From contig DATJPZ010000078.1 of the NCBI GenBank assembly GCA_035506175.1, positions 12,283 through 76,282 on the forward strand: a stretch of DNA of 64,000 nt, read 5' to 3'. Numbering within the stretch: position 1 is the first letter of the stretch; every line of letters begins with the position of its first letter. Below, one piece after another: positions 24,706 to 38,276 of the stretch. Source of the DNA: Thermoanaerobaculia bacterium (GTDB lineage: Bacteria > Acidobacteriota > Thermoanaerobaculia > UBA5066 > Gp7-AA6). Both the position numbers and the translations under genes were made by a program. Below the pieces are notes generated by a model. That model saw only the letters and a program-made list of their open reading frames with translations. It had not been told where the DNA came from and searched no databases.

Positions 24706-25473
24706 TCACTCGCCGAGGAGCAGCGACTTCTTCGGCGGCCTGTCGAGACCGAAGGACCGCACCGCGTGCTTCTCGATGTGGTCCATCGCTTCCTCGACCG
24801 AATCGGTCAGGAGGAGGAGGTCGAGATCGGTGTCGGAGATCGTGCCCGCCGCGACCATCTTCGCGAGAAACCCCATCAGCGGCCTGTAGAACTCCGAGCT
24901 CATGAGGACGACGGGGAAGTTCAGGATCTTCTGGGTCTGGATGAGCGTGAGCGCCTCGAAGAGCTCGTCCATCGTGCCGAGGCCGCCCGGCATGACGACG
25001 AACGCGTACGAATACTTGACGAGCATCACCTTCCGGACGAAAAAATGCTCGAAAGACACGGCGCGGTCGACGTAAGGATTCAACCGTTGCTCCTCGGGGA
25101 GCACGATGTTGCAGCCGACCGTGAAGCCGCCCGCCTCCTTCGCGCCGCGTGAAGCCGCTTCCATCACGCCGGGGCCGCCGCCGGTCATGACCGTGAACCC
25201 GAGCTTCGCCAGGCCCGCGCCGACCTTCTCAGCCAGGCCGTAGTACGGGTGGTTCTGCTTGAATCGCGCGGATCCGAAAACGGTCACGCAGGGGCCGACG
25301 AAGTGCAGCGTCCGAAACCCGCGGAGAAACTCCCCCATGATCTGGAAGATCGAGAGGAGCTCCCGGGTGCGCGAGCGCGGGCCGGAGAGAAACAGGCGCT
25401 CGGTGTGCTCGGGCGCTTCGGGCGGAACCACCTCGCCCGGCTTTTCGACGTTCACGGCGCCATTGTGGCGCAT
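24706..25473 (-). CDS. LOG-family (TIGR00730-type) nucleotide 5'-monophosphate nucleosidase / lysine-decarboxylase-like protein
   Basis: ORF track, 255 aa. VTVFGSARF...MTGGGPGVMEAASRGAKEAGG...MPGGLGTMDELFEALTLIQT. Confidence 0.9.
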   Translation of the reverse strand: MRHNGAVNVEKPGEVVPPEAPEHTERLFLSGPRSRTRELLSIFQIMGEFLRGFRTLHFVGPCVTVFGSARFKQNHPYYGLAEKVGAGLAKLGFTVMTGGGPGVMEAASRGAKEAGGFTVGCNIVLPEEQRLNPYVDRAVSFEHFFVRKVMLVKYSYAFVVMPGGLGTMDELFEALTLIQTQKILNFPVVLMSSEFYRPLMGFLAKMVAAGTISDTDLDLLLLTDSVEEAMDHIEKHAVRSFGLDRPPKKSLLLGE

Positions 25474-25528
25474 TCCCGGGCGCCGGCGGCGGGGCGCGCG
25501 TGCCGGAGCGAAACGGGAGAGACCGTTC

Positions 25529-25927
25529 CTAGCTCGGCCGGCGCGCCACGGCCAGGCGCGCCTGCGCGAGCTCGAGCCGGGTCCGAACCGCGTCGAGCGT
25601 GTCGGCGCCGGCGCTCTTCATCTCCTCCTCGGCCTTCGCGCGTTCGCGCTCGGCCGCCGCGGCGTCGATTTCCCCCGAGCCCTCGGCGGAGTCGGCGAGC
25701 ACCGACACGCGGTCATGCGACACTTCGGCAAGGCCGCTCGAAACGGCGAGAGCCGTGGAGCTGCCGCCCTTCCGGCACGTCAGCACGCCCGTGCCGAGCA
25801 GCGTGATGAGCGGGGCGTGCCCCGGCAGGATGCCGACGTAGCCCTGCGAACCGGGCAGCTCGACCTCGTCGGCCTCCGCCTCGAGAACGCGCCGCTCCGG
25901 GGTGACGACGAGAAGCTGGAGGGCCAA
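25529..25927 (-). CDS. atpC: F1 ATP synthase epsilon subunit
   Basis: 132 aa, TTG start at 25927 abutting the atpD stop. LQLLVVTPERRVLEAEADEVELPGSQGYVGILPGHAPLIT. Confidence 0.93.
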   Translation of the reverse strand: MALQLLVVTPERRVLEAEADEVELPGSQGYVGILPGHAPLITLLGTGVLTCRKGGSSTALAVSSGLAEVSHDRVSVLADSAEGSGEIDAAAAERERAKAEEEMKSAGADTLDAVRTRLELAQARLAVARRPS

Positions 25928-28283
<2,356 letters not shown>

Positions 28284-28286
28284 CGT

Positions 28287-29870
<1,584 letters not shown>

Positions 29871-29872
29871 GT

Positions 29873-30421
29873 TCAGGCTCCCGTCCTCTCCTTCACCTGG
29901 CTCTGAAACCGCCGGAGGGCGGCGGCCACCGTCGCGTCGAACACGCGGGACCCTGCCCGGGCGATGAAGCCCCCGAGCAGCGTGGGATCGATCTCGACCT
30001 GGGACCGCACGGTCTTGCCCGTGCGCGCGGCGATCGCGGCCTCGACCGACTGACGCTCGGCATCCGAGAGCGCCGCCGGCACGGTCAGCTGCACGCGCAG
30101 CACGTTCTGCTTCGCGTCGTAGAGATCGCGCAGCGTCTTGAACACCTCGGCCGCCTCGAGGAGGCGATGGTTCTTGAGCATCACCTGCAGGAAGCGCGCG
30201 CCGTATTCGTCGAGGCCAGCCTTCGCCGAGAGCGCCGCGATCGTCTTGCTCTTGGCGTCGCGCGGCACGTTCGGCGCGAGCAGGAACGCGCGCAGCGGCG
30301 GGTTTGCCGCGAACGTGTCCGCCATCGTCTGGCCGGCCTTCAGGAACGCGCCCACGTCGTAGCCCGACGGCGCGGCCTCGAGAAAAGCCCGGGCGTACGG
30401 GTGCGCGAACGATCCGCTCAT
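29873..30421 (-). CDS. atpH: F1 ATP synthase delta (OSCP) subunit
   Basis: In-frame ATG at 30421 (ATGA overlap with the atpF stop). [17 protein letters not shown]...[22 protein letters not shown]. Confidence 0.9.
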   Translation of the reverse strand: MSGSFAHPYARAFLEAAPSGYDVGAFLKAGQTMADTFAANPPLRAFLLAPNVPRDAKSKTIAALSAKAGLDEYGARFLQVMLKNHRLLEAAEVFKTLRDLYDAKQNVLRVQLTVPAALSDAERQSVEAAIAARTGKTVRSQVEIDPTLLGGFIARAGSRVFDATVAAALRRFQSQVKERTGA

Positions 30422-30966
30422 CGGGCGTCCTTCAGCCGTTCGACGCCGTCGGCGAGGAGGCGCTCGCGGTCGGCGGGCGTGATCTCCCGGGACAGGATCT
30501 GGCCCGCCGCGTGGGTGGTCAGCTCGGCGGCCTGCTCTCGCAGTTGCGCCCGCGCCGCCGCGAACCGGCGCTCGACTTCCTCGACGGCCTGCTCGCGGAT
30601 GCGCTCGGCCTCGGCCAGCGCACGCTCCCCGAGCGCCCGACGCGCCTCTTCGCCGTCGGCCCTGCCCTGCTTGCGGATCTCTTCGATCTCGCGCTCGATC
30701 TTCGACGCCCGTTCCCGGATGTCCGCGGCGAGCCGGTCGACGGACTCGCGCCGCTTCTCGGCCTCGAGACGCCGCCGCTCGATGTCTTCCTGGCGCTGGC
30801 GAAACGAGGCCGCGAGCGGCTTGGCGATGAAGTAAAGCAGAACTCCGAGGAAGAGCCCGAGGTTGAGGAGCTGCCAGACCCAGATCGGCAGTCCCCAGAG
30901 CTTCGCGGCCTCCTCTGCCTCCTCGGAAAGCAGAAGCCACACCGTCGAGGCGGCCGGCAGCGTCAC
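30418..30966 (-). CDS. atpF: Fo ATP synthase b subunit
   Basis: 182 aa. One N-terminal TM helix ([24 protein letters not shown]) followed by a long charged helix. Confidence 0.85.
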   Translation of the reverse strand: MTLPAASTVWLLLSEEAEEAAKLWGLPIWVWQLLNLGLFLGVLLYFIAKPLAASFRQRQEDIERRRLEAEKRRESVDRLAADIRERASKIEREIEEIRKQGRADGEEARRALGERALAEAERIREQAVEEVERRFAAARAQLREQAAELTTHAAGQILSREITPADRERLLADGVERLKDAR

Positions 30967-31397
30967 GCGGCGAGCTTTCGACCGAGGATTCGCTCGGCGA
31001 GGCTGCGCGCCAGATCGCGAGCCCGTTCGGGAAGCTCCCGCGCCGACGTCTCCGCCTGCCGTTCGATGTCGCGGGCGCCGCTGTCGACGGACGCCTGCGC
31101 GGCCGTCTGCGCCTCGGCGATCTTCTTCTCGAGGAGCGCCGTTCCTTCGGCGCGGAGCGCCTCGCGCGTCTTCAACGCCTCACGCCGCGCCTCGGCCAGC
31201 TGCTCTTCGCCGGCGGCGACCGCCCGGTCGAGCTCGGCGAGGCTCGCGGTGTACGCCTGCTCCGCCTCCCTCTCGCCGCGCTCGCGCGCGTCGAGAATCG
31301 CCGACAGCGGCGCAAAGAGATACTTCTTCAGGATCCAGTAGCAGATCCCGAAGGCAAGAAACACATAGAGACTCGAGACGTTGGGTAACTCGATCAT
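30963..31397 (-). CDS. Fo ATP synthase b' subunit (second b-type paralogue)
   Basis: The internal ATG at 31397 is preferred (MIELPNVSSLYVFLAFGICYWILKKYLFAPL...). The ORF-track start at 31439 is possible. ATGA-type overlap with atpF. Confidence 0.75.
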   Translation of the reverse strand: MIELPNVSSLYVFLAFGICYWILKKYLFAPLSAILDARERGEREAEQAYTASLAELDRAVAAGEEQLAEARREALKTREALRAEGTALLEKKIAEAQTAAQASVDSGARDIERQAETSARELPERARDLARSLAERILGRKLAA

Positions 31398-31504
31398 TGA
31401 AGACTTTCTTCGGGCGACGAAACCGCGGATCAATAGCACAGACGGGAGCGCCGAGTCGAGGATCGCTGAAGGGCGCGTGAAGCCCGAACGGCGCCAACCG
31501 TTAA

Positions 31505-31906
31505 CTAGTTGGAGTTCAATTCTTTACGAGACTCCGCCGCCGTGACGTCGACGAGCTTCGGTGCGCCGTCGCCGGTCATCGCACAGGAACCCTGGAAGAA
31601 GGCGCCTTCTTCGATCGAGAGCACCGGCGTGTGAATCTCCGCCGTGACGCGCCCCCGCGGGTGGATTTCGACGCGCTCGCTCGCGTGGATCGTGCCCTTG
31701 AAGGCGCCGTTGATCGACACGCGCTCGACGCGGATTTCCGCGTCCACCTCGGCCGAATCGCCCAGAATCAGCTCGCTGCCCGACGGGATCTTCCCCTCGA
31801 ACCGGCCGTCGATGCGGAAGGTCTCCTCGAACTCGAGCTCGCCCTTCAAGTGGCTTCCCTTGTCGAGAAAGCCGTTCAACGTCGCGCCTTCGCCCCGCGT
31901 TTTCAT
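31505..31906 (-). CDS. Bactofilin (DUF583) cytoskeletal protein
   Basis: 133 aa. ggaggag RBS. LNGFLDKGSHLKGELEFEETFRIDGRFEGKI...ELILGDSAEVDAEIRVERVSINGAFKGTIHASERVEIHPRGRVTAEIHTPVLSIEEGAFFQGSC is a typical bactofilin beta-helix repeat. Confidence 0.9.
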   Translation of the reverse strand: MKTRGEGATLNGFLDKGSHLKGELEFEETFRIDGRFEGKIPSGSELILGDSAEVDAEIRVERVSINGAFKGTIHASERVEIHPRGRVTAEIHTPVLSIEEGAFFQGSCAMTGDGAPKLVDVTAAESRKELNSN

Positions 31907-31935
31907 GGAAACTCCTCCGGAATTGGTTCGGCCGC

Positions 31936-32784
31936 CTAACTCTTTTCCGCCAGCTTCTCGAAAAGCCCGATCAGCTCGTCTTCCGATCCGAAAGCGATTT
32001 CGATTTTTCCACCCCGACGCTTCCGGACGATGCGAACCTTCGTCTGGAGCCTGCGCGAGAGCTTCTCCTCGGCGTCGCGGGTAAAGGGATCGCGGCGCTT
32101 CTCGACCACGACACGATCTCCCTGGGCTAGGCGCGCGACCCGCTTCTCGGTCTGGCGCACCGAGAGCGCGCGGCGCACGATCTCTTCGGCGAGCTGTTCC
32201 TGGTCATCGGTGGACGCGAGCGCGACGAGCGCCCTGGCGTGTCCGGCCGAGAGCTCCCCCGACCGGATCCGATCGCGCACAGGTGACGATAACTTCAATA
32301 TTCTCAATGTGTTAGCTACTGTAGCGCGGTCTTTTCCTACGCGTTCAGCGATCTTTTCCTGAGTGAGCTGAAACTCCTCGCGCAGCCTCGCATACGCCTC
32401 GGCGGCCTCGAGCACGTTCAGGTCCTCGCGCTGCAGGTTCTCGACGAGCGCGGCTTCGAGCAGGTCGCGGTCGGAGCTCTTCTCGCGAACCGTGATCGGC
32501 ACGCGCTCGAGTCCGGCGATCGCGGCCGCTCGCCAGCGGCGCTCTCCAGCCACGATCTCGAACTTCTCGCCCCGGGCCACCACTACGATCGGTTGAACGA
32601 TCCCCTGCTCCCGGATGGACCGGGCGAGGTCCGCCAGAGCCGCCTCCGAGAAATCCCTCCGGGGCTGGAACCTCGAGGGAACGAGCCTTCCGATTTCGGC
32701 CTCCCGAGGCTGTGTTCCACGTGGAACATCGTCCCTGCCCGGGAGCAGGGCGGACAATCCACGGCCGAGCACGGGTTTGGTCAT
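31936..32784 (-). CDS. parB: Chromosome partitioning protein ParB
   Basis: 282 aa. GRGLSALL...VPSRFQPRRDF...GIVQPIVV...EIVAGERRWRAA...LTQEKIAERVGKDRATVANTLRILKL. Confidence 0.97.
   Translation of the reverse strand: MTKPVLGRGLSALLPGRDDVPRGTQPREAEIGRLVPSRFQPRRDFSEAALADLARSIREQGIVQPIVVVARGEKFEIVAGERRWRAAAIAGLERVPITVREKSSDRDLLEAALVENLQREDLNVLEAAEAYARLREEFQLTQEKIAERVGKDRATVANTLRILKLSSPVRDRIRSGELSAGHARALVALASTDDQEQLAEEIVRRALSVRQTEKRVARLAQGDRVVVEKRRDPFTRDAEEKLSRRLQTKVRIVRKRRGGKIEIAFGSEDELIGLFEKLAEKS
32713..32728. promoter_or_regulatory. parS site (perfect 16-bp palindrome) inside the 5' part of parB
   Basis: tgttccacgtggaaca matches the TGTTNCACGTGAAACA-type parS consensus. Confidence 0.85.
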
Positions 32785-33548
32785 TTCGCCCTCCGTCGCT
32801 TCAGGAACTCACGCGCGAGCGCCAGGTAAGCCTCGGCGCCCTTCGACTTGATGTCGTAGGCGAGGACCGGCTTGCCGAACGACGGGGCCTCTCCCAGGCG
32901 GACGTTTCTCGGTATGACCGTCTGGAAAACCTTGTCGCCGAAGTGCTGGCGAATGTCGTCCACGACCTGCCGGGCGAGGTTGGTCCGCTCATCGAACATC
33001 GTCAGAACGATGCCCTCCATCGAGAGGAGCGGGTTGAAGGTATCCCGCACTCGCTCGATCGTCTCGAGCAGCTCGGTCAGTCCTTCCAGGGCGAAATACT
33101 CGGTCTGGATCGGCACCAGGACCGAATCAGCGGCGGTGAGCGCGTTCACCGTCAGAAGCGACAGCGAAGGCGGGCAGTCGATCAGCACGAAGTGGTAGCT
33201 GCCTCGAACGGCGCCCAGGGCGAACCGGAGACGCGTCTCCCGGTCGGGGTTGTTGACGAGCTCGACCTCGGCGCCGACCAGATCCCGGCCCGACGGCACG
33301 ATGTGCAGATTCGGAAATGCCGTTTGTCGAATGACCGGCGAAACTTCTCCCGACAGGAGCGCCGCGTAGATGGTACCCGTCTCTTCCCGTTTGGAGAAGC
33401 CGAGCCCGGAGGTCGCATTGGCCTGCGGATCGAGGTCGATCAGGAGCACCTTCTGGTCGTAGGCAGCCAGCCCCGCGGCGAGATTGATCGCGGTAGTGGT
33501 CTTGCCAACGCCGCCTTTCTGGTTGGCGATTGCGATGATGCGGGCCAT
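32781..33548 (-). CDS. parA: Chromosome partitioning ATPase ParA/Soj
   Basis: In-frame ATG at 33548. MARIIAIANQKGGVGKTTTAINLAAGLA (deviant Walker A). 4-nt overlap with parB. Confidence 0.96.
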   Translation of the reverse strand: MARIIAIANQKGGVGKTTTAINLAAGLAAYDQKVLLIDLDPQANATSGLGFSKREETGTIYAALLSGEVSPVIRQTAFPNLHIVPSGRDLVGAEVELVNNPDRETRLRFALGAVRGSYHFVLIDCPPSLSLLTVNALTAADSVLVPIQTEYFALEGLTELLETIERVRDTFNPLLSMEGIVLTMFDERTNLARQVVDDIRQHFGDKVFQTVIPRNVRLGEAPSFGKPVLAYDIKSKGAEAYLALAREFLKRRRAK

Positions 33549-33608
33549 GAGGGTGGACCCGATTATGGTCGGGTTCGAACGCAGGGCAAGGGAAATCGGC
33601 CCGCCGGA

Positions 33609-33624
33609 TGTTCCACGTGGAACA
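33609..33624. promoter_or_regulatory. Second parS site, between the rsmG stop and the parA start
   Basis: Identical tgttccacgtggaaca palindrome. Confidence 0.85.
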
Positions 33625-33627
33625 TCT

Positions 33628-34269
33628 TCAGCGGCGCAGCTTGAACGCCGCCACCGAGCGACGTTCCGACCCGGGAAGAGGCGTGATACCGGCTGCCTCG
33701 AATCGCGGCCCGATCCCCGAAGCAACTGCGCCGGGGTCCGTCGTCCACGCCAGGAACAGCCCTCCGTCCTCGAGAAACGCAGCTTCTCCGATCCAGGACG
33801 GGAACCCGCCGACCGCTCGCGTCGTCGCGACATCGAAAGTCTGCCCGCCGACTTCCTCTATCCGCCGTTGGACAACCTCAACGTTTGCAAGCCCTAACGC
33901 CCGCACGACATGTCTCAGAAACGCCGCCCGGCGCTCCCGCGGCTCGATGAGCGTGGCCGAAATGTCCGGTCGTGCGATCGCGATCGGCAGCCCGGGCAAC
34001 CCGGCGCCGGACCCGATGTCCACGAGCTTCGAGCCATTGGCGATCAAGCCGAGCGGCGCCAGCGATTCGAGAACGTGCTCGGCGAGCTCCTCGGCGGTCA
34101 GATTTCCGGTCAGGTTGACCCGCCGACGCCAGCGATCGAGCTCCGAGAGGTAGCGGGAGAGCCCCCTGGAAGCGGCCGCTTCGAGGCGGATTCGAAGCTT
34201 CGGCCCAGCGCCCTCCAGAATCTCTTCGAACCGCTCAGGCGGAAGGGGATCCGCCTTCTCGCGCGACAT
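33628..34269 (-). CDS. rsmG: 16S rRNA (guanine527-N7)-methyltransferase RsmG (GidB)
   Basis: 213 aa. [24 protein letters not shown] motif. Conserved position after mnmG. Confidence 0.93.
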   Translation of the reverse strand: MSREKADPLPPERFEEILEGAGPKLRIRLEAAASRGLSRYLSELDRWRRRVNLTGNLTAEELAEHVLESLAPLGLIANGSKLVDIGSGAGLPGLPIAIARPDISATLIEPRERRAAFLRHVVRALGLANVEVVQRRIEEVGGQTFDVATTRAVGGFPSWIGEAAFLEDGGLFLAWTTDPGAVASGIGPRFEAAGITPLPGSERRSVAAFKLRR

Positions 34270-36106
34270 GAGCCGAGATTATCGCGACGGCAGCCGGGGT
34301 CACTCCCGGGATCCGGCCCGCCTCGCCGATCGTTCGCGGGCGGCGCCTCGTGCACTGTTCGACAACCTCGACTGACAGGCCCGGAACGCCCGAGTACTGG
34401 AAGCCAGGGGGAATCGGCCGAGCCTCGAAGGGCTTGAGCCGCTCGAGCCTTTCGCGCTCACGCAGGATGTAGCCCTCATACCGCACGCGTGTCTCGAGAA
34501 TGGCTCGCTCCTCGCAGCCCAGGCAATCGAGCAGCGAGGGGTCGAGCGAATCGAGCAGACTGCATGATAAGTCATTTCTTTGCAATAGTTTAAAGGCTGT
34601 AACGGGCGCCTCGAAGTCGAAGCCGAGCTTCTCCCTGAACTCCTCGCGGGTTGCGGCATTGGGCGTGAAGGTCCTCTGCCTCAGCGCCTGTTCCGCGCTC
34701 TTCAGACGCTCCTCGCTCTTCATGGCTTCGTCGTGCTCGTTCTGATTGATCAGGCCGAGCCTGCGGCCATGGGGGATCAGGCGCGGGAGAACGGTATCGA
34801 CGCCGAGGAGCAGCCGATACTCCGCGCGCGAGGTGAAGAGGCGATACGGCTCTTCGAGGCCTTTTTTCGTCAGGTCGTCGACGAGAACCGCGGCGTATGC
34901 CTCGGACCGGTCGAGCACGAACCCCTCTTCGCCGCGCGTCGAAAGGGCCGCGTTGATGCCGGCGAGCAGCCCCTGAGCGGCCGCCTCCTCGTATCCCGAA
35001 GTGCCGTTGATCTGCCCGGCGAGAAACAGGCCGGGAACCGCGAGCGCCTCGAGCGTCAGCGCGAGCTGATCGGGGAAAACGAAGTCGTATTCGACGGCGT
35101 ACCCGGGCCGGATCATCCGCGCGTTCTCCAGACCCGGGATCGCCGCGAGAATCCCGCGCTGGACGTCTTGCGGCAGCGACGTCGACAGCCCGTTGACGTA
35201 GACCTCTTCGGATTCGCGGCCGTCGGGCTCGAGAAACAGCGTGTGGTGATCCTTGTCGGCAAAGCGCACGACCTTGTCCTCGACGGACGGGCAGTAACGG
35301 GGGCCGATGCCGTGGATCTGCCCGGAGTACATCGGGCTTCGATGCAGATTCTCGCGGATGAGCGCGTGGACTTGCTCGTTCGTGGCGGTCAGCCAGCAGC
35401 GGATCTGCGCCGAGGACAGCCGCCCGGTCCGGAAAGAGAACGGCACGGGAGGATCGTCGCCCTCCTGCGGGACGCACGCGGCGTAGTCGATCGAGTCCCG
35501 GTGGAGGCGCGGCGGCGTCCCCGTCTTGAAGCGTCCGAGGCGCAGCCCCGCGGCTGCCAGGGCCGCCGAGAGGCCGCGCGCCGGCGCTTCGCCGACGCGT
35601 CCGCCCGCGGTGCGCGTCTCCCCCGTGTGCATCAGGCCGTTCAAGAAAGTGCCCGCCGTGACGACGACGGCGCGCGCGGCGAGGCGCTGTCCGCCGCCCG
35701 TCACGGCGCCCGCGACGCGGCCTCCTTCCTCGACGAGCGCCTCGGCCATGCCCTCGACGAGCGTCAGGTTCTCGGTGCGCTCCAGGCGCTCGCGCGCCAG
35801 CCGCGCATACAGCGCGCGGTCGCACTGCGCCCGCGGCCCCCACACCGCCGGGCCGCGCGAGCGGTTGAGGATTCGGAACTGGATGCCCGCGCCGTCGGCG
35901 AGCTCGCCCATGACGCCGCCGAGCGCATCGATCTCGCGCACGAGCTGGCCCTTGGCGAGGCCGCCGATGGCGGGGTTGCACGACATCCGCCCGATCGAGG
36001 CCCGGTCCGCAGTCAGCAGCGCGGTCCGCCGGCCCATCGTCGCCGCGGCGTGCGCGGCTTCGATTCCGGCATGCCCGCCGCCGATCACGAGAACGTCGTA
36101 GGTCAT
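34235..36106 (-). CDS. mnmG: tRNA uridine 5-carboxymethylaminomethyl modification enzyme MnmG (GidA)
   Basis: 623 aa. [21 protein letters not shown] motif. Full-length GidA-like sequence. Confidence 0.98.
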   Translation of the reverse strand: MTYDVLVIGGGHAGIEAAHAAATMGRRTALLTADRASIGRMSCNPAIGGLAKGQLVREIDALGGVMGELADGAGIQFRILNRSRGPAVWGPRAQCDRALYARLARERLERTENLTLVEGMAEALVEEGGRVAGAVTGGGQRLAARAVVVTAGTFLNGLMHTGETRTAGGRVGEAPARGLSAALAAAGLRLGRFKTGTPPRLHRDSIDYAACVPQEGDDPPVPFSFRTGRLSSAQIRCWLTATNEQVHALIRENLHRSPMYSGQIHGIGPRYCPSVEDKVVRFADKDHHTLFLEPDGRESEEVYVNGLSTSLPQDVQRGILAAIPGLENARMIRPGYAVEYDFVFPDQLALTLEALAVPGLFLAGQINGTSGYEEAAAQGLLAGINAALSTRGEEGFVLDRSEAYAAVLVDDLTKKGLEEPYRLFTSRAEYRLLLGVDTVLPRLIPHGRRLGLINQNEHDEAMKSEERLKSAEQALRQRTFTPNAATREEFREKLGFDFEAPVTAFKLLQRNDLSCSLLDSLDPSLLDCLGCEERAILETRVRYEGYILRERERLERLKPFEARPIPPGFQYSGVPGLSVEVVEQCTRRRPRTIGEAGRIPGVTPAAVAIISAHVAREGGSPSA

Positions 36107-36116
36107 GGCGCCGCGC

Positions 36117-37478
36117 TCACTTTCCGACGCAGAACGTGGAGAACAACCGCTCCAGCACGTCCTCGGAAGTCGTCTCGCCGACGAGGTCCGCGAGCGCGTC
36201 GAGCGCGGCGTGGCAGTGCGTGACGGCGTACTCGAGCGGCGTGCCGCCTTCGAGCGCCGCGAGCGCGTCGGCCGACGCCGTCCGCGCGCGCGCGACGAGG
36301 TCGGCCTGCCGCAGGTTTCCGAGGACCTCCGCCGAGGCCTCGGTGTCGACGCCGCCGGCGATCGTCTCGGAAAGCCGCCGCGCCAGGACCGGACCCGCGT
36401 CGGGAGAGAGCCCGCAGACGAGCACGGCGCCTTCGCGCAGGCCGGCGGCGCCCTCCGCGAGCCGATCGGCTTTGTTGGCGACGAGGAGGACCGGCCGGTC
36501 CGCGGCGAGGGCGAGCGATTCCGCGTCCTCGGCCAGGAACCCCTCCGCCGCGTCGAAGACGTAAAGGACGGCGTCGGCCCGCGCGGCCTCGGCGCGCGCG
36601 CGCTCGACGCCGATCGCCTCGACGCGCTCGGCGGTCGCCCGCAGACCCGCCGTGTCGACGAGCGTCACCGGGATGCCGCCGAGGTCGATCTCCGCCTCGA
36701 GCGCGTCCCGCGTCGTTCCCGGAATCTCCGTCACGATCGCCTTTTCTTCGCCGACGAGCGCGTTATAGAGGGTCGATTTTCCGGCGTTCGGGCGGCCCAG
36801 GATCGCGACGCGGCACCCGCTCGAAAGGAGTCGCCCGGCTTTCGCGGTCGCGGCGAGACCCTCGAGCTCCGCCACCGCCTCGCGCAGCGGCCCGGCCGCG
36901 GCCGCGTCGAGCGCGCCGCCGACGTCGTCGGAGAAATCAATGGCGGCGGCGAGCCGAGCCGAAACGTCGAGCAGATCCCGGCGGATCCGCTGGAGTCGAT
37001 CGGACAACGCGCCCGTGAGGCGGCGCGCGGAGGCCTCCGCCGCCGCGCCGGTCCGCGCCTCGATCAGGTCGCGCACGGCCTCGGCCCGCACGAGGTCCAT
37101 CCGGCCGGCGCGGAAGGCGCGTTCCGTGAACTCGCCCGGTCTTGCCGGACGCGCTCCGGATTCCCGTGCCGCCTCGAGCAGCCGAGCGACGGCGACGGGA
37201 CTGCCGTGCAGCGAGAGCTCGACCACGTCTTCACCCGTCGGGGACGATCCCGCCGGGAAAAACGTCACGACGGCGTCGTCGATCGGCGTCCCGCCGCGGT
37301 CGACGAGCGTCGCGCGCCGAGGGCGGCGCTCGGGCGGCGGCGCCGACAGGCCCGGCGCGAGCGCGGCGAGGATGCGCGAAGACTCGGGCCCGGAGAGACG
37401 GACGAGCGCCAGGGCCGAGCGGCCCGCCGGCGTGGCCGGAGCCGCGATCGTGTCGAGGAAAGAGTCGGTCGGGCGCAT
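36117..37478 (-). CDS. mnmE: tRNA modification GTPase MnmE (TrmE)
   Basis: 453 aa. [37 protein letters not shown]1 motif. DTAGLR. C-terminal FCVGK. Confidence 0.97.
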   Translation of the reverse strand: MRPTDSFLDTIAAPATPAGRSALALVRLSGPESSRILAALAPGLSAPPPERRPRRATLVDRGGTPIDDAVVTFFPAGSSPTGEDVVELSLHGSPVAVARLLEAARESGARPARPGEFTERAFRAGRMDLVRAEAVRDLIEARTGAAAEASARRLTGALSDRLQRIRRDLLDVSARLAAAIDFSDDVGGALDAAAAGPLREAVAELEGLAATAKAGRLLSSGCRVAILGRPNAGKSTLYNALVGEEKAIVTEIPGTTRDALEAEIDLGGIPVTLVDTAGLRATAERVEAIGVERARAEAARADAVLYVFDAAEGFLAEDAESLALAADRPVLLVANKADRLAEGAAGLREGAVLVCGLSPDAGPVLARRLSETIAGGVDTEASAEVLGNLRQADLVARARTASADALAALEGGTPLEYAVTHCHAALDALADLVGETTSEDVLERLFSTFCVGK

Positions 37479-37553
37479 CGGGCGAGCCGAAAGCCTTTGC
37501 GAAAACCGCCAGCGCGGCGGTGGAGGCTGCCGGCGGACGGCTCGCGGCGACGG

Positions 37554-38258
37554 CTAGCGTCTAAACCGCACTTCCACGCGTTTCAGGAACCCGTCGCCTT
37601 CGCTCTCGGTCTCGAGCTCCGGGTCTTCGGACAGCGCCAGGTGGACGAGGCGCCGCTCCCACGGGGCGAGCGGCGGCAGGAGCTGCGGGCGCTTCGTGCG
37701 GCGGACCTCGTCGGCCGACGTGCGGGCGAGCTCCTGGAGGGCTTCCTGGCGATGGGCCCGGAACCCCTCGGCGTCGAGCCGCGCGTGCACCGGGCGTCCG
37801 ACGCGCTTGGAAGCGATGCGGCCGACGAGCACCTCGAGGCCCGTCAGGCCTTCGCCCTTGTTGGCGAGCAGCGGCTCGACGTCGTCGCCGAAGAGCTCGA
37901 AGAGGAGCTCGTCGCCGGTCGACGCGCGGCGCTTGGTCTCGACGAGAAGCCCCGCGGCCGAGAGCAGCTCCGTCAGCGTGGCTTCGACGACGGCGTCGAC
38001 GTCGGCCTCGACGACCGGCGCCGGAGCCGGCGCGGCGGCGGGCGTGCTCACCGCGGCAGGTTCAGGCCGCGGCTCGACCTCCGCCTCCCGCTTCCTGCCC
38101 CCCGCCTCCTGATCCTCCACCTCGATCTCCACGACGCGGCCTCCCCAGAACGCCTTCTCGTCGCGGATGACCGTGTACTTCAGCTCCGCCGCGGACTTGC
38201 CGAGGGCTCTGGCGGCGCCCTCGACGGCTTCCTGCTCGGTCCTGGCCTCGTATCTCAT
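37554..38258 (-). CDS. jag: Jag/KhpB-type RNA-binding protein (Jag_N, KH, R3H domains)
   Basis: 234 aa. Conserved position after yidC. C-terminal LPPLAPWERRLVHLALSEDPELETESEGDGFLKRVEV is R3H-like. Confidence 0.85.
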   Translation of the reverse strand: MRYEARTEQEAVEGAARALGKSAAELKYTVIRDEKAFWGGRVVEIEVEDQEAGGRKREAEVEPRPEPAAVSTPAAAPAPAPVVEADVDAVVEATLTELLSAAGLLVETKRRASTGDELLFELFGDDVEPLLANKGEGLTGLEVLVGRIASKRVGRPVHARLDAEGFRAHRQEALQELARTSADEVRRTKRPQLLPPLAPWERRLVHLALSEDPELETESEGDGFLKRVEVRFRR

Positions 38259-38276
38259 CGGCGATTTTTCTCGACC

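Noticed and set aside
31398-31504. Possible missed atpE (c subunit) between the bactofilin gene and atpF'
   Set aside because: The space is too short and has no hydrophobic hairpin ORF. The region only offers an alternative upstream start for b'.
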